NCBI GenBank assembly: GCA_907165135.1
Contig: OU015566.1
Coordinates: 10,044,001-10,108,000, forward strand
Length of the DNA: 64,000 bases
Source: Oikopleura dioica
Taxonomy: Eukaryota; Animalia; Chordata
Direction of reading: 5' to 3'
Shown here: positions 23,982 to 35,209 of the stretch, piece by piece
How positions within the stretch are numbered: position 1 is the first letter of the stretch
Layout: the number at the start of each line of letters is the position of its first letter
The notes under the pieces: generated by a model
The model's input: only the letters and a program-made list of their open reading frames with translations
What the model was told of the DNA's origin: nothing
Database searches by the model: none
Made by a program: the position numbers and the translations under genes

Positions 23982-24271
23982 TTATATTTTGCATTTTTGG
24001 TGACCTTTGGGGCTCCTGATTTATCAACCGGGATTTATACTCGCGGTTACGGTCAACTGGTTCTGGCGCAAGTGCGCTCACTTTGTATTTTCAAAATTCG
24101 CGCTCAGAATATGTTCAGGTGTCAAGTACTTCAAGTGCAAGACAATTACTGACCGGAAACAAGTCACAATAGTTTGTTTATTTAGGTGCCAGGTGCAGGC
24201 ACTTGAAAGTACTTGAATTCAAGTGCTTTCCACTTGAGAGCGTCCGGCAAGGCTGACATTTATATACTACT
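23982..24271 (-). repeat. Right terminal inverted repeat of the mini-Polinton (290 bp)
   Basis: Reverse complement of 19808-20097. Confidence 0.95.
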
Positions 24272-24737
24272 CACGTGTAATGAGACTGTGGATAAAAAAC
24301 GCTAGTCTGGTCTGGATAACAAAAGATTAGCAGTAACTTATGCGTAATTTACACGCTGGAAACTTCAAGAAATTCCTTCTGAAAGTTGGATTGTGCAACA
24401 ATTCAAAACAAAGCTCGTAAACAAAACTATCTTAGGATGAAGTTTAGGATCAATTAAAGTCTTTTAATGCTCATTGATCTTTATTGACGACATTTTAACG
24501 TTACGCTTTTGATGCTCTCTATTTATAAAAAAGAAAACAGTAGACTTTTTAGACGTTGCTACAATAAGCGATTTAAAAATTAGATCGACCAGATTCTCAA
24601 GCAAATAAATGTCTGCTGAATGGACTTTATTTGCTCTCCTTGTTGATTTCTTTTATATTTTCTCGTTAACATTTATTGCGTAAATAGGCAGTTTAATAAT
24701 AACCTAGGTATGAAACGAATGAATGTGGGAAAGTAAT

Positions 24738-25883
24738 CTACATCTGAATTGCATCCGGGTTGATGTTGAATTGAGACATGTCGAATGGTTGACCTTTGAA
24801 TGGACTTCCTTCAGCGTCCCAGCCCTAGAACGAAATAAAGATACAAAGTAAATCGGGGGGCTTCACCTTTTTAAGCATATCCTGGACTTTGAGCTCTTTA
24901 CTCGTTGGTTTTCCCATGCGTTTCTGCATCTCGTCAAATTGGAGTTGATTGATGGTTGCGGCTTCTCCTTCATCAAGATCGCCCATGCTTCGGACAGGTT
25001 CGATTTTTTTCATATCAATCTCCTCTAAGATAATTATAGATAGATAAATAGTCTTCTTTCAAAAGTTACCTTCGCCCTCAATAAGTTTATTCCACCAATG
25101 CTCGGTTGCTTTCGTCAAACTGATTGTCAAGCATTTTCCCTTTTCAAGAGACCAAGTCGCTTCGTCAGCTTTATTTTCTTGGTACAACTCCCCGTCGATA
25201 ATGGTTTTGCCTTCGATTATGACCGTTAAATGTTTTCGCTTGATATTGACTTTTATCTAAAATCAATGTTCATGACTAAAGAATGAACTGGAGCTCTTAC
25301 GAATTTTGTATTAGCAACGGTTGTTGGCACGGTAATATCAACATCATCATAGTTTTGATTCCAGGAGTAGTTTTCGCGTCGCGCTCCATTATGACTACAA
25401 AATCATAGAGGAATCTCCAAACGAGTTATTTTACCTGTCAGGCTCTAGTTGCCACTGCTCCTGGGTCAATTTTTCAAGGCTTTTCTTTTCTAATGGAGCT
25501 GGTTTTGGCTGCGGTTTTTCTCTTTTAACTGGAGCTGCTGTTACTTCTTTTGCTTTAGGAGCTTGAGACATGTTCAGTTCTTCGTTTTTAACTCTATCTT
25601 CCGCCTCTTTCACTTGCATATTGTACTTCATGAAATAGCAACGCACCATATTTTCTGCGACGCCTGGTGGGAAACCGACTTGAGATTCGTCCGTCAATGT
25701 TCGGAAAAAGTCAGTTTTTCGGGAGAGGAACGACATAACAGAGTCGAGAAAGGGTTCGATTCTTTGTTCATTTTGGAGAATTCCAAGAAACGCCTGGTCG
25801 TATCGTTCTTGCATTGGTTTTTTGAACTTTGGCAACGACTCGAGAGACGCCTTCTTTTTTGTGTAATCTTCTTTATCGCTCAT
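24738..25883 (-). CDS. NUDCD3: NudC domain-containing protein 3
   Basis: RYDQAFLGILQ...FLSRKTDFF...GFPPGVAE, CS/p23 domain (YSWNQNYDDVDITVP...WSLEKGK), C-terminal LKKGWDAEGSPFKGQPFD. Confidence 0.88.
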
Positions 25884-25980
25884 GTTCTGAAAAAAACTTA
25901 TTGAGCTAAATTCCATGATCAAATAAATTTCAGACAATAAAGAACAGAAGAAACTGGCAGTGTTACAAATTGGTCTACGT

Positions 25981-27654
25981 TTATCTTCGTCTATCTCTTG
26001 ATCGTCTGCGTTCTCTCGATCGACGTCGATCCCGGTCTCGCGAAGATCGATCCCGGTCCCGCGATCGTCGCCTATCTCGCGATCGAGATCGTCTTCTTTC
26101 TCTGCGATTGTCTCGGTCTCTGGATCTTGACCGCTTCCGCTCTCGTCGATGGCTTTCGTCGCGAGAACCACTTCTTCGTCTTTTTCGATCACGATCGCGC
26201 TCTCGATTGGACTCTCGTGGTTCTCGTTTGATTGTTTTCGTCTCATCTCGATCATCCATTTCTTCTTTGGTTCGGTACTTGCCCTGAAATTTCCACTGGC
26301 GCCACTTTTTAGCGACTGATTGAGAGAAATCAACATGGATTCGCCGATCATCGATGAGAACTAAACAAGAATAAGGAACAGATGAATCATTAAAGCTTAC
26401 CGTTGTCCATTTTGAAGTAAGCTCGCTCACAATCTTCATCCGTCGCGAATTCAATAAACGCATATTGCAACGACTGCAAAGTTCGACGATCACGGATGAT
26501 TTCGGCGGTTTTGATCTCGCCAAATCTTGAGAAGATGAGCTCCAAGTCTTCGTCAGTCGTAATTGGGTTGAGCTTGCAAACAAAGAGAACGTTTTTATCA
26601 GGCTCAACGTCCGCAGCTGGCAAATCACCGACGATTGTAAGAACGTTTGCTCGGTGCTCGGCTGTTGTTATAGCGTCTCGTTCCTTAAATTTTTCTAAGA
26701 ATTTTTGAACGGTTATCTCAGAAGGACTTTAGAACTGTCAAAAAGCGAAGTGTCACATTTCGCTAAATGTGCCCTTGTCAAGTTTAAAGCGGACTTGAAC
26801 TGAGTCAGAAACTGAAAGATTCTGGCAGCCAGAATTTGACTTGTTTGTCAGGTGGAGAATCAAGTCAAGACTCTCAACAAGTGTTACCTTTTGCTCGATC
26901 TCCGTCAACCCTTCGTCTTCATCGAGAAGTTCATCCGCACCGACTCTAGTTCCTGCACCGAAAATTCGCTCGGCATCCGGTGATGGAGATCTTGAAGGGA
27001 CGACTAAATTATCTGGATCTTCGAATGGATCATCGAGAATATGCGTGTGATTGATTCTGATGTCGATTTGTGGCCGACCATTCTTATCAACATAAACTAA
27101 AAACGAGGCTATCTTTCAATTTCAATTTCTCATTCTACCTTCATTGATTTTTGAAAGACATTCTTCGAGCCCTTCCGCTACTTCTCCGAATACCACTTGG
27201 CCACCGTCGAGCACATCACAATTGACGCCCGTTGTTATCAAAAACTTAAAAAATTAGCAATCGTCGACTGATGGTAAACTTACTTGACTTCCAAATTTTC
27301 CCTTGCCGTTGTTGATCATTGAGACAAGACCGACCTTATCATGCTTAATAATTGGAAGTTTTTGGGCTTCAAAAAAACGTGCAGCTTCGCCATTTGTACG
27401 CTCGAAGATTGAAGACCCGTTTTTCGGATTTCCTTAAGATCAGGACTGATAGTCGCTCCGAATTTCTCCGTCCTACCTTTGTCAGTAGGATCACCACACT
27501 GGACTACGAAGTCCCTCTGGACATTGTAGATCGTGGAGTAGTTGTAGTATTTGACCTTGCATAATTTCAAAAAATTCACACAGCATCGAGGACGGTGCTC
27601 CGTGTAAAGATCAATGACGATGTCACCCATCGTCGTTTCAAGTAGAACCGACAT
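25981..27654 (-). CDS. PPIL4: Peptidyl-prolyl cis-trans isomerase-like 4 (cyclophilin + RRM + RS-like tail)
   Basis: [38 protein letters not shown]; [28 protein letters not shown]...LQYAFIEF; RD/RS-rich C-terminus. Confidence 0.93.
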
Positions 27655-28125
27655 TTTCGACTCGTGACAGTCTAGTTCTATTCTTTCAATTAGTTTATTG
27701 ATAATGAGTAAATATAGACGTGTGAACGATCTTCTCAAGAAAGAGGGAGCTTCTCAACGCATGAAAAGGTCGAAAAGTCTCAAATATGACGAAAATGTCC
27801 GAGGAATAATCCGGGAAACGCGTTCTCTGACAAAGTCCAAAAAGGAGCGTCAGAGTATTTGATTGCCCTAAATTTAGGTAAAAATGACGTTAATATTGAT
27901 TCATTCAATTTCCCTAGATGAAATGGTTAAATATGAACTGTATTTTAATGCTGAGTTTTCCATATTCAGCTATACTTCGAATTTATTCAAATAAAGTTGG
28001 CAACAAAATATAATTTTATTATTTAGAAAAAAAATTCTTGAGCATAATCGGAACTGTGATTCGTACTAAAAATCAAGGCTTATTAACAGCAGTTGCATTT
28101 GAAAGGTTAGCAAAGAATAATGACT

Positions 28126-31100
28126 TCAATCAGACGATTTTACATAGAGAAGATGAATGTCCATCACGTTCGTAAATGTGAGCCTTCTATTGGGTACAAA
28201 AGATATAAATCTATCAATAGCATAAATTAAATGAACCAATAGATTGAGAATCTAATTGAATATCAATGTATTGTGATGTTCCCTTCCCCAGTTCGGACAT
28301 GTCTGTGAGGAGCATGCTTCTTGAAGTAGTTGTAGCTATCGGACTTTTCTAGGAAAGATCTGGCGAGCTCGATAGCACCGTCGCGCGCGCCGTCATTTGC
28401 GCCGCAAAAGCGCCACTGACATCACAGGGACCATCTGAAGGTGGCGTTAGAAAGATCGTTAGCCCTATAAATTGCTCCGGAAATGAAAACATTCCACTAC
28501 GAAAGGAAAACGAATACTAAAGACGAAAGAAATTCAAAAACATAAAAAGGCAATCAACAACGACTTTAATCCTTCTCACTTTACTTCCCAAAATAGCGGC
28601 TGTTTTCAAAGGCCATGATCTGATGGAAATGGTGCGACTTTGCTACGCAAATCAAGAACATCATGAGTGCAAACTAATTCGCGACAAAGTCCCCTATACC
28701 TCCCAATACTCGCCACGCTTGCATCGTACACGAAGTTACTCGAATTGCGAGCACGAGTGCTGTGGCTGTCAGTTGGAATCGCTATGGTTGAGTCCCCAAG
28801 TCCTTGTCCAGGCGTATGGACTTGCTATTGAAGAGAGTGAAAGGTAGTGATCATTCAAATCAATTTCTACGAGTTGACAAAAAATTCGTTGATTCAAAAT
28901 TTACGAAAAGTCTTTTCATAATAAAAATATCAGTATTCTTTGAGTCATTTTAAAATTAGTTCAAAAATTAAAGATATATTTTTCTTTGTAAACCTGACAC
29001 ATTCTGAATGTGACATTCAGACTCTGCAGGTAGTCATTTAGAGCTTTCTGGGTACTTAGGTCCTATTTGAGCGTACACCAGTTTGTCTTGACATATTGAT
29101 ATTTAAACTAAAAGTCGAAACGTCAGCACGCTGAACAAGGACGTCCCCGCAAATGTTGATATTTACAAAAATCCTTCCAACATACGTAATGTACAACGTC
29201 AATGTAGGCATTTTAAAATTCAAATAATCTGACATCACTAATTTTATGACTAAAGCTTAAGACCTGTGAATGAATTTTTATGAAATTTTCAGCGTCTACA
29301 TAGAAAGCGTTGACGGAAGCAAACACAATCTCCAATTAATTGACATTGGCTACTGCAAGGGACAATGTCACTCCCCGTAAGTTATTTAATCCATCAATTC
29401 TCCGAGAATTATTAGAAATTCTAGGCACAGAAGACACGACCTGTTTCACTGCTCAGCTACCGAGCATCAAGTGATAAGGATCGTCTACTACACAGGAAGA
29501 AATCCTACACGAACTGAGCTAGTCATTGCCGGATTAAAAATAAAAAAATGTTACTGTAAAGCAAGAATTTCTTGCGAATAATCTCCGAGCACTATTATTC
29601 TTTAGCATACTCCATGCAGCACAGGCTATGCTGCATACGCATTAATTGTCCCTATGTAAATAAAATGATAAGACGAACCTTGTCCATCAGTTCCAGCAGA
29701 TAAGAACTCCACATTTAGCTTTCCTTGAGCTTCAATTTCAAAAGCCAGTGCGAGTTCTTGATTTCTTCCTCCTCTCCCGTTCCCAAGGATAGTCACAGTA
29801 GGTTCACCGCCGGCAATTACGAGAACTTCGCCATTTTCATCGAAAATGTCGCGTATTTCTTCGAAAAAGTCAGAGACGTCAGGAGTAGTTATCTGGAGGT
29901 TAGAAAAATCTGGAATGCTGCTCCGATTACTCCTGTCAGCAAGAGCTTTCGCAATCCAAACGTAGAACTTGGCGAGATCACGGGCTTCCCCGGAAATTTC
30001 GTTTCCAAGAGAGAAGTAAGGAATCGGTCTGCGGTTTGATTGAGAAGTATCCAATAAAACGATCCTTACCTATCAGATACTTTTCCCTGAGCACATATTT
30101 CCTCGATTCGTTTAATTAGTACTTGATTATTGCCGATAACTTCAACCGTATTCGAGGGATAAGTCTTCTGATTGAAAATTTCCTCAGGAAGGGCAAAGTC
30201 AACATCAAATTTTCTTTAGAATCGAGGATTTTAAAAGAGGATCATCAGAATTAAATATGCGCCATATATGGCTAATATAATTTGAGGCTAAAATTTTGAG
30301 CTGAATTCATATATTGATTTTAAATCCTGTCTCAGCAACCCTTCATAAAAGCTCCGATCTTTTATTGTTGTTTCAACAGTTGGTCCAGACGCGATCAATT
30401 CGACCGGGTCGCCAATGATATCCGAGAGAATAAAAGTTCTCACAGAAGCTTTTGTCGCTGCCAAAAGCCTTCCTCCTTTCGTCTTGCTCAAAAGTGATCT
30501 TACAGCGTTGAGTTCTTGAATAGTAGCGCCCTAAAAGTTCAACTAAATTATATAGGAAGTTTATGTATAGGAACCTTTGATTGAAGCTTTTTGATAATTC
30601 TTAATTTCTCATCAAGCGATATCGAATCAGCAGGGCAAGCTAAACACGCGCTACCGCCGCCAGAACAGCAAACTATCAGCTTGTCGTCTGGTTCGAGATT
30701 CTTCACGAACTCAAGAATCTTGTTCGATGCGTCTTTTCGTCAATGGTTCTCCATCTAAGCGTTTTTTCGACGAATCACCAGTCGAAGAACGCATATTCTA
30801 TCGTTTTTGAACCAATGCCCACAGCAGCTGCGTCTGGAAGGTTGTTTTCCGCGACTTCAAGGACTTTGACATTTTCGTGAACGGGCCACATACTCGATCG
30901 TTCAGAAAATGCACCCGCATTTTCTTCTAAAATTCATTGACACACGAAACGATAGAGCAGTAGCTTACCCATGGATTTTCTAGTTCCGAAAGGCACTGAG
31001 ACGATCCCTTGGGCGACATAATCTCCAAAGTACTCGATTACTCCACTTGCCATACCAGCAGCAGCTTTCCCGAAGCCGATGAGGAAGACTTTTTCTTTGG

Positions 31101-31191
31101 CGAAAGATTTTCTTGTAAGATGATCCAAAACGAGCGTTTTCGGATTGATTGAGGGCAACGATTCGCGAAAAATATCCTCAAGAATTACCAT
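28126..31191 (-). CDS. GLYCTK: Glycerate kinase (MOFRL family); one apparent frameshift near 28382-28409
   Basis: [42 protein letters not shown]...[16 protein letters not shown]|[26 protein letters not shown] 1,244-nt intron spans 28435-29678. Confidence 0.88.
28623..29581 (+). CDS. Cystine-knot (TGF-beta/hormone-like) small protein nested antisense in a GLYCTK intron
   Basis: Exons 28623-28843, 29293-29376 and 29425-29581 splice in frame via GT-AG (153 aa): ...ECCGCQL...[13 protein letters not shown]...[15 protein letters not shown]...KIKKCYC. 5' end uncertain. Confidence 0.55.
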
Positions 31192-31194
31192 GGC

Positions 31195-34100
31195 TAGGGT
31201 AAACGCACAAAAAAACTAACTTTTTCCCTCGAAAGAGTATTGACTTGAAACTTGGCATGGTGATAGATCATGCCAAAGTACTTTTCAAAATTTTTTTTTC
31301 AAAAAAATTTTTCAAGGTTTTCAACCTTTTTAAGCCTGGCAAAAGGCTAACTTTTGAGTGGATCATGTTCGAAGGCTCTAAAATAGCTAGATCAACGCGG
31401 AATGATCTCCTGATCATTTTCATAAAAAAAAATTTAGTGACAATACCTCCGATGACTCAAGAATTGCCGAAAACTGTTACGTAACCCTATTATGTAACAC
31501 AAATTCAGACTAATAATTTCTGGAGGACCAAAGAAATAAATCTAACTATTTTTCAACCCCTAAAAGTAATAATATTTTCCATCCCTTTTTCTGGAGGAGC
31601 TCGCGGAAGACTTTTTCAAGGAAAACATTGCATTGCTGGAAAAAATTTTTTTTTTTGAAAAAAAAATTAATTTTCGAATGAAATAAACAGAAAAAATCTT
31701 GATCATAACCTTAATAAAAACTACCTTCTTTAAAAAAAAACAAAAAAAAAATTCCAAATAACGAACACCATAAAAGCAAAACAAGTAGGGAGGGTATGCT
31801 TAAAGTAAAAAATGGGAGAGGGTGGGGTTGGGGACAAAACTGAGACTGATCACCTTAGTACTGCCTTCTTATCCCGGCCTTTGTCAAGCCCATTTCAATT
31901 TAAAAGCCAGGGACGGGGCTGAGACGGCCCGAAGGGCCGTCAAGCCCATTTCAATTTAAAAGCCAGGGACGGGGCTGAGACGGCCCGAAGGGCCGTCAAG
32001 CCCATTTCAATTTAAAAGCCACGGGACGGGGCTGAGACGGCCCGAAGGGCCGTCAAGCCCATTTCAATTTAAAAGCCAGGACGGGGCTGAGACGGCCCGA
32101 AGGGCCGTCAAGCCCATTTCAATTTAAAAGCCAGGGACGGGGCTGAGACGGCCCGAAGGGCCGTCAAGCCCATTTCAATTTAAAAGCCAGGACGGGGCTG
32201 AGACGGCCCGAAGGGCCGTCAAGCCCATTTCAATTTAAAAGCCAGGGACGGGGCTGAGACGGCCCGAAGGGCCGTCAAGCCCATTTCAATTTAAAAGCCA
32301 GGGACGGGGCTGAGACGGCCCGAAGGGCCGTCAAGCCCATTTCAATTTAAAAGCCAGGGACGGGGCTGAGACGGCCCGAAGGGCCGTCAAGCCCATTTCA
32401 ATTTAAAAGCCAGGGACGGGGCTGAGACGGCCCGAAGGGCCGTCAAGCCCATTTCAATTTAAAAGCCAGGGACGGGGCTGAGACGGCCCGAAGGGCCGTC
32501 AAGCCCATTTCAATTTAAAAGCCAGGGACGGGGCTGAGACGGCCCGAAGGGCCGTCAAGCCCATTTCAATTTAAAAGCCAGGGACGGGGCTGAGACGGCC
32601 CGAAGGGCCGTCAAGCCCATTTCAATTTAAAAGCCACGGGGCTGAGACGGCCCGGGTCAAGCTGAGACGGCCCCGAAGGGCCGTCAAGCCCATTTCAATT
32701 TAAAAGCCAGGGACGGGGCTGAGACGGCCCGAAGGGCCGTCAAGCCCATTTCAATTTAAAAGCCAGGGACGGGGCTGAGACGGCCCGAAGGGCCGTCAAG
32801 CCCATTTCAATTTAAAAGCCAGGGACGGGGCTGAGACGGCCCGAAGGGCCGTCAAGCCCATTTCAATTTAAAAGCCAGGGACGGGGCTGAGACGGCCCGA
32901 AGGGCCGTCAAGCCCATTTCAATTTAAAAGCCAGGGACGGGGCTGAGACGGCCCGAAGGGCCGTCAAGCCCATTTCAATTTAAAAGCCAGGGACGGGGCT
33001 GAGACGGCCCGAAGGGCCGTCAAGCCCATTTCAATTTAAAAGCCAGGGACGGGGCTGAGACGGCCCGAAGGGCCGTCAAGCCCATTTCAATTTAAAAGCC
33101 AGGGACGGGGCTGAGACGGCCCGAAGGGCCGTCAAGCCCATTTCAATTTAAAAGCCAGGACGGGGCTGAGACGGCCCGAAGGGCCGTCAAGCCCATTTCA
33201 ATTTAAAAGCCAGGGACGGGGCTGAGACGGCCCGAAGGGCCGTCAAGCCCATTTCAATTTAAAAGCCAGGGACGGGGCTGAGACGGCCCGAAGGGCCGTC
33301 AAGCCCATTTCAATTTAAAAGCCAGGGACGGGGCTGAGACGGCCCGAAGGGCCGTCAAGCCCATTTCAATTTAAAAGCCAGGGACGGGGCTGAGACGGCC
33401 CGAAGGGCCGTCAAGCCCATTTCAATTTAAAAGCCAGGGACGGGGCTGAGACGGCCCGAAGGGCCGTCAAGCCCATTTCAATTTAAAAGCCAGGGACGGG
33501 GCTGAGACGGCCCGAAGGGCCGTCAAGCCCATTTCAATTTAAAAGCCAGGGACGGGGCTGAGACGGCCCGAAGGGCCGTCAAGCCCATTTCAATTTAAAA
33601 GCCAGGGACGGGGCTGAGACGGCCCGAAGGGCCGTCAAGCCCATTTCAATTTAAAAGCCAGGGACGGGGCTGAGACGGCCCGAAGGGCCGTCAAGCCCAT
33701 TTCAATTTAAAAGCCAGGGACGGGGCTGAGACGGCCCGAAGGGCCGTCAAGCCCATTTCAATTTAAAAGCCAGGGACGGGGCTGAGACGGCCCGAAGGGC
33801 CGTCAAGCCCATTTCAATTTAAAAGCCAGGGACGGGGCTGAGACGGCCCGAAGGGCCGTCAAGCCCATTTCAATTTAAAAGCCAGGGACGGGGCTGAGAC
33901 GGCCCGAAGGGCCGTCAAGCCCATTTCAATTTAAAAGCCAGGGACGGGGCTGAGACGGCCCGAAGGGCCGTCAAGCCCATTTCAATTTAAAAGCCAGGGA
34001 CGGGGCTGAGACGGCCCGAAGGGCCGTCAAGCCCATTTCAATTTAAAAGCCAGGGACGGGGCTGAGACGGCCCGAAGGGCCGTCAAGCCCATTTCAATTT

Positions 34101-35209
34101 AAAAGCCAGGGACGGGGCTGAGACGGCCCGAAGGGCCGTCAAGCCCATTTCAATTTAAGGGACGGGGCTGAGACGGCCCGAAGGGCCGTCAAGCCCATTT
34201 CAATTTAAAAGCCAGGGACGGGGCTGAGACGGCCCGAAGGGCCGTCAAGCCCATTTCAATTTAAAAGCCAGGGACGGGGCTGAGACGGCCCGAAGGGCCG
34301 TCAAGCCCATTTCAATTTAAAAGCCAGGGACGGGGCTGAGACGGCCCGAAGGGCCGTCAAGCCCATTTCAATTTAAAAGCCAGGGACGGGGCTGAGACGG
34401 CCCGAAGGGCCGTCAAGCCCATTTCAATTTAAAAGCCAGGGACGGGGCTGAGACGGCCCGAAGGGCCGTCAAGCCCATTTCAATTTAAAAGCCAGGGACG
34501 GGGCTGAGACGGCCCGAAGGGCCGTCAAGCCCATTTCAATTTAAAAGCCAGGGACGGGGCTGAGACGGCCCGAAGGGCCGTCAAGCCCATTTCAATTTAA
34601 AAGCCAGGGACGGGGCTGAGACGGCCCGAAGGGCCGTCAAGCCCATTTCAATTTAAAAGCCAGGGACGGGGCTGAGACGGCCCGAAGCCCATTTTTAAAA
34701 ATTTTATCAAAAATTTCTTATTAAAAAAAATAAAATTCTTAATTTTGAATTCTTCCATCATCCGGATGTTTTCAACCGGACAAAGTCCTCCAGAAGTTCT
34801 CTGTGTGATCACGTGATATTTGTCAATAAATTTTATAAAAAATTTAGGATTTTGTTTACTAAATAACAAAAATCATTATTCTTCCAGCAAATTACTGGTC
34901 TTCCAGCAAGAAACAGGAGGTCCTCCAGGTGATTCCTGATCGATCAGAGGCATGGTCACTAAATTTTTTTATCTCAAATTGATTAGAATTTCGAGGCGCT
35001 TCGAACTAGACTATCCACGACTCCGTACCTTCACCCACTCGAAAGATAGATTTTTGGACCTCTTTAGAGGGCGCTAGAATGATGCCAAGTGGTTTTTTCA
35101 AAAATTTTTTTTCTGAAATAGTATTTTCTCATGTTTTGCAATCACGTCACTTAAAATAAAGTTTCTACGACCCCTAGAAAAAAAGCTGATTTTTTGTGCG
35201 TTTACCCTA
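31195..35209. mobile_element. Non-autonomous hAT-type DNA transposon (4,015 bp) carrying a satellite array
   Basis: Perfect 20-bp TIR TAGGGTAAACGCACAAAAAA (imperfect to ~31 bp); 8-bp direct repeat ACCATGGC at 31187-31194 and 35210-35217. No transposase ORF. Confidence 0.88.
31883..34694 (+). repeat. 56-bp tandem repeat, ~50 near-identical copies
   Basis: Unit GTCAAGCCCATTTCAATTTAAAAGCCAGGGACGGGGCTGAGACGGCCCGAAGGGCC, with period 56 (e.g. 32221 to 32277). A few indel variants near 32021, 32081, 32631-32680 and 34158. Confidence 0.98.

Larger units (their letters stand above)
19808..24271. mobile_element. Minimal Polinton/Maverick-like element (4,464 bp): capsid module plus integrase, no pPolB or protease
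   Basis: Starts AGTAGTATATAAA and ends TTTATATACTACT. 290-bp TIRs; CACGTG on both flanks (19802-19807, 24272-24277). Four intact Polinton-type genes inside. Confidence 0.93.

Noticed and set aside
18400-24700. pPolB DNA polymerase or cysteine protease belonging to the mini-Polinton
   Set aside because: No ORF or motif remnant was seen inside the TIRs or in the flanks; the flanks are host intergenic DNA and NUDCD3.
25431-26351. Single 306-aa gene from the ORF track
   Set aside because: It is a chance fusion of an off-frame reading of the PPIL4 RS tail, the intergenic gap and NUDCD3 exon 1.
27761-27862. 33-aa basic ORF divergent from PPIL4
   Set aside because: Too short, with no splice or homology support; it probably lies in promoter/UTR DNA.
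28483-28622. Upstream ATG plus a 44-nt GA-AG intron giving the cystine-knot protein a signal peptide
   Set aside because: The frame works, but the ATG is only 11 nt after the TATAAA and the donor is non-canonical. It cannot be supported without cDNA.
31883-34694. CRISPR array (regularly spaced palindromic repeats)
   Set aside because: The sequence between hairpins is identical in every unit, so there are no unique spacers. There are no cas genes and the context is eukaryotic. It is a tandem satellite.
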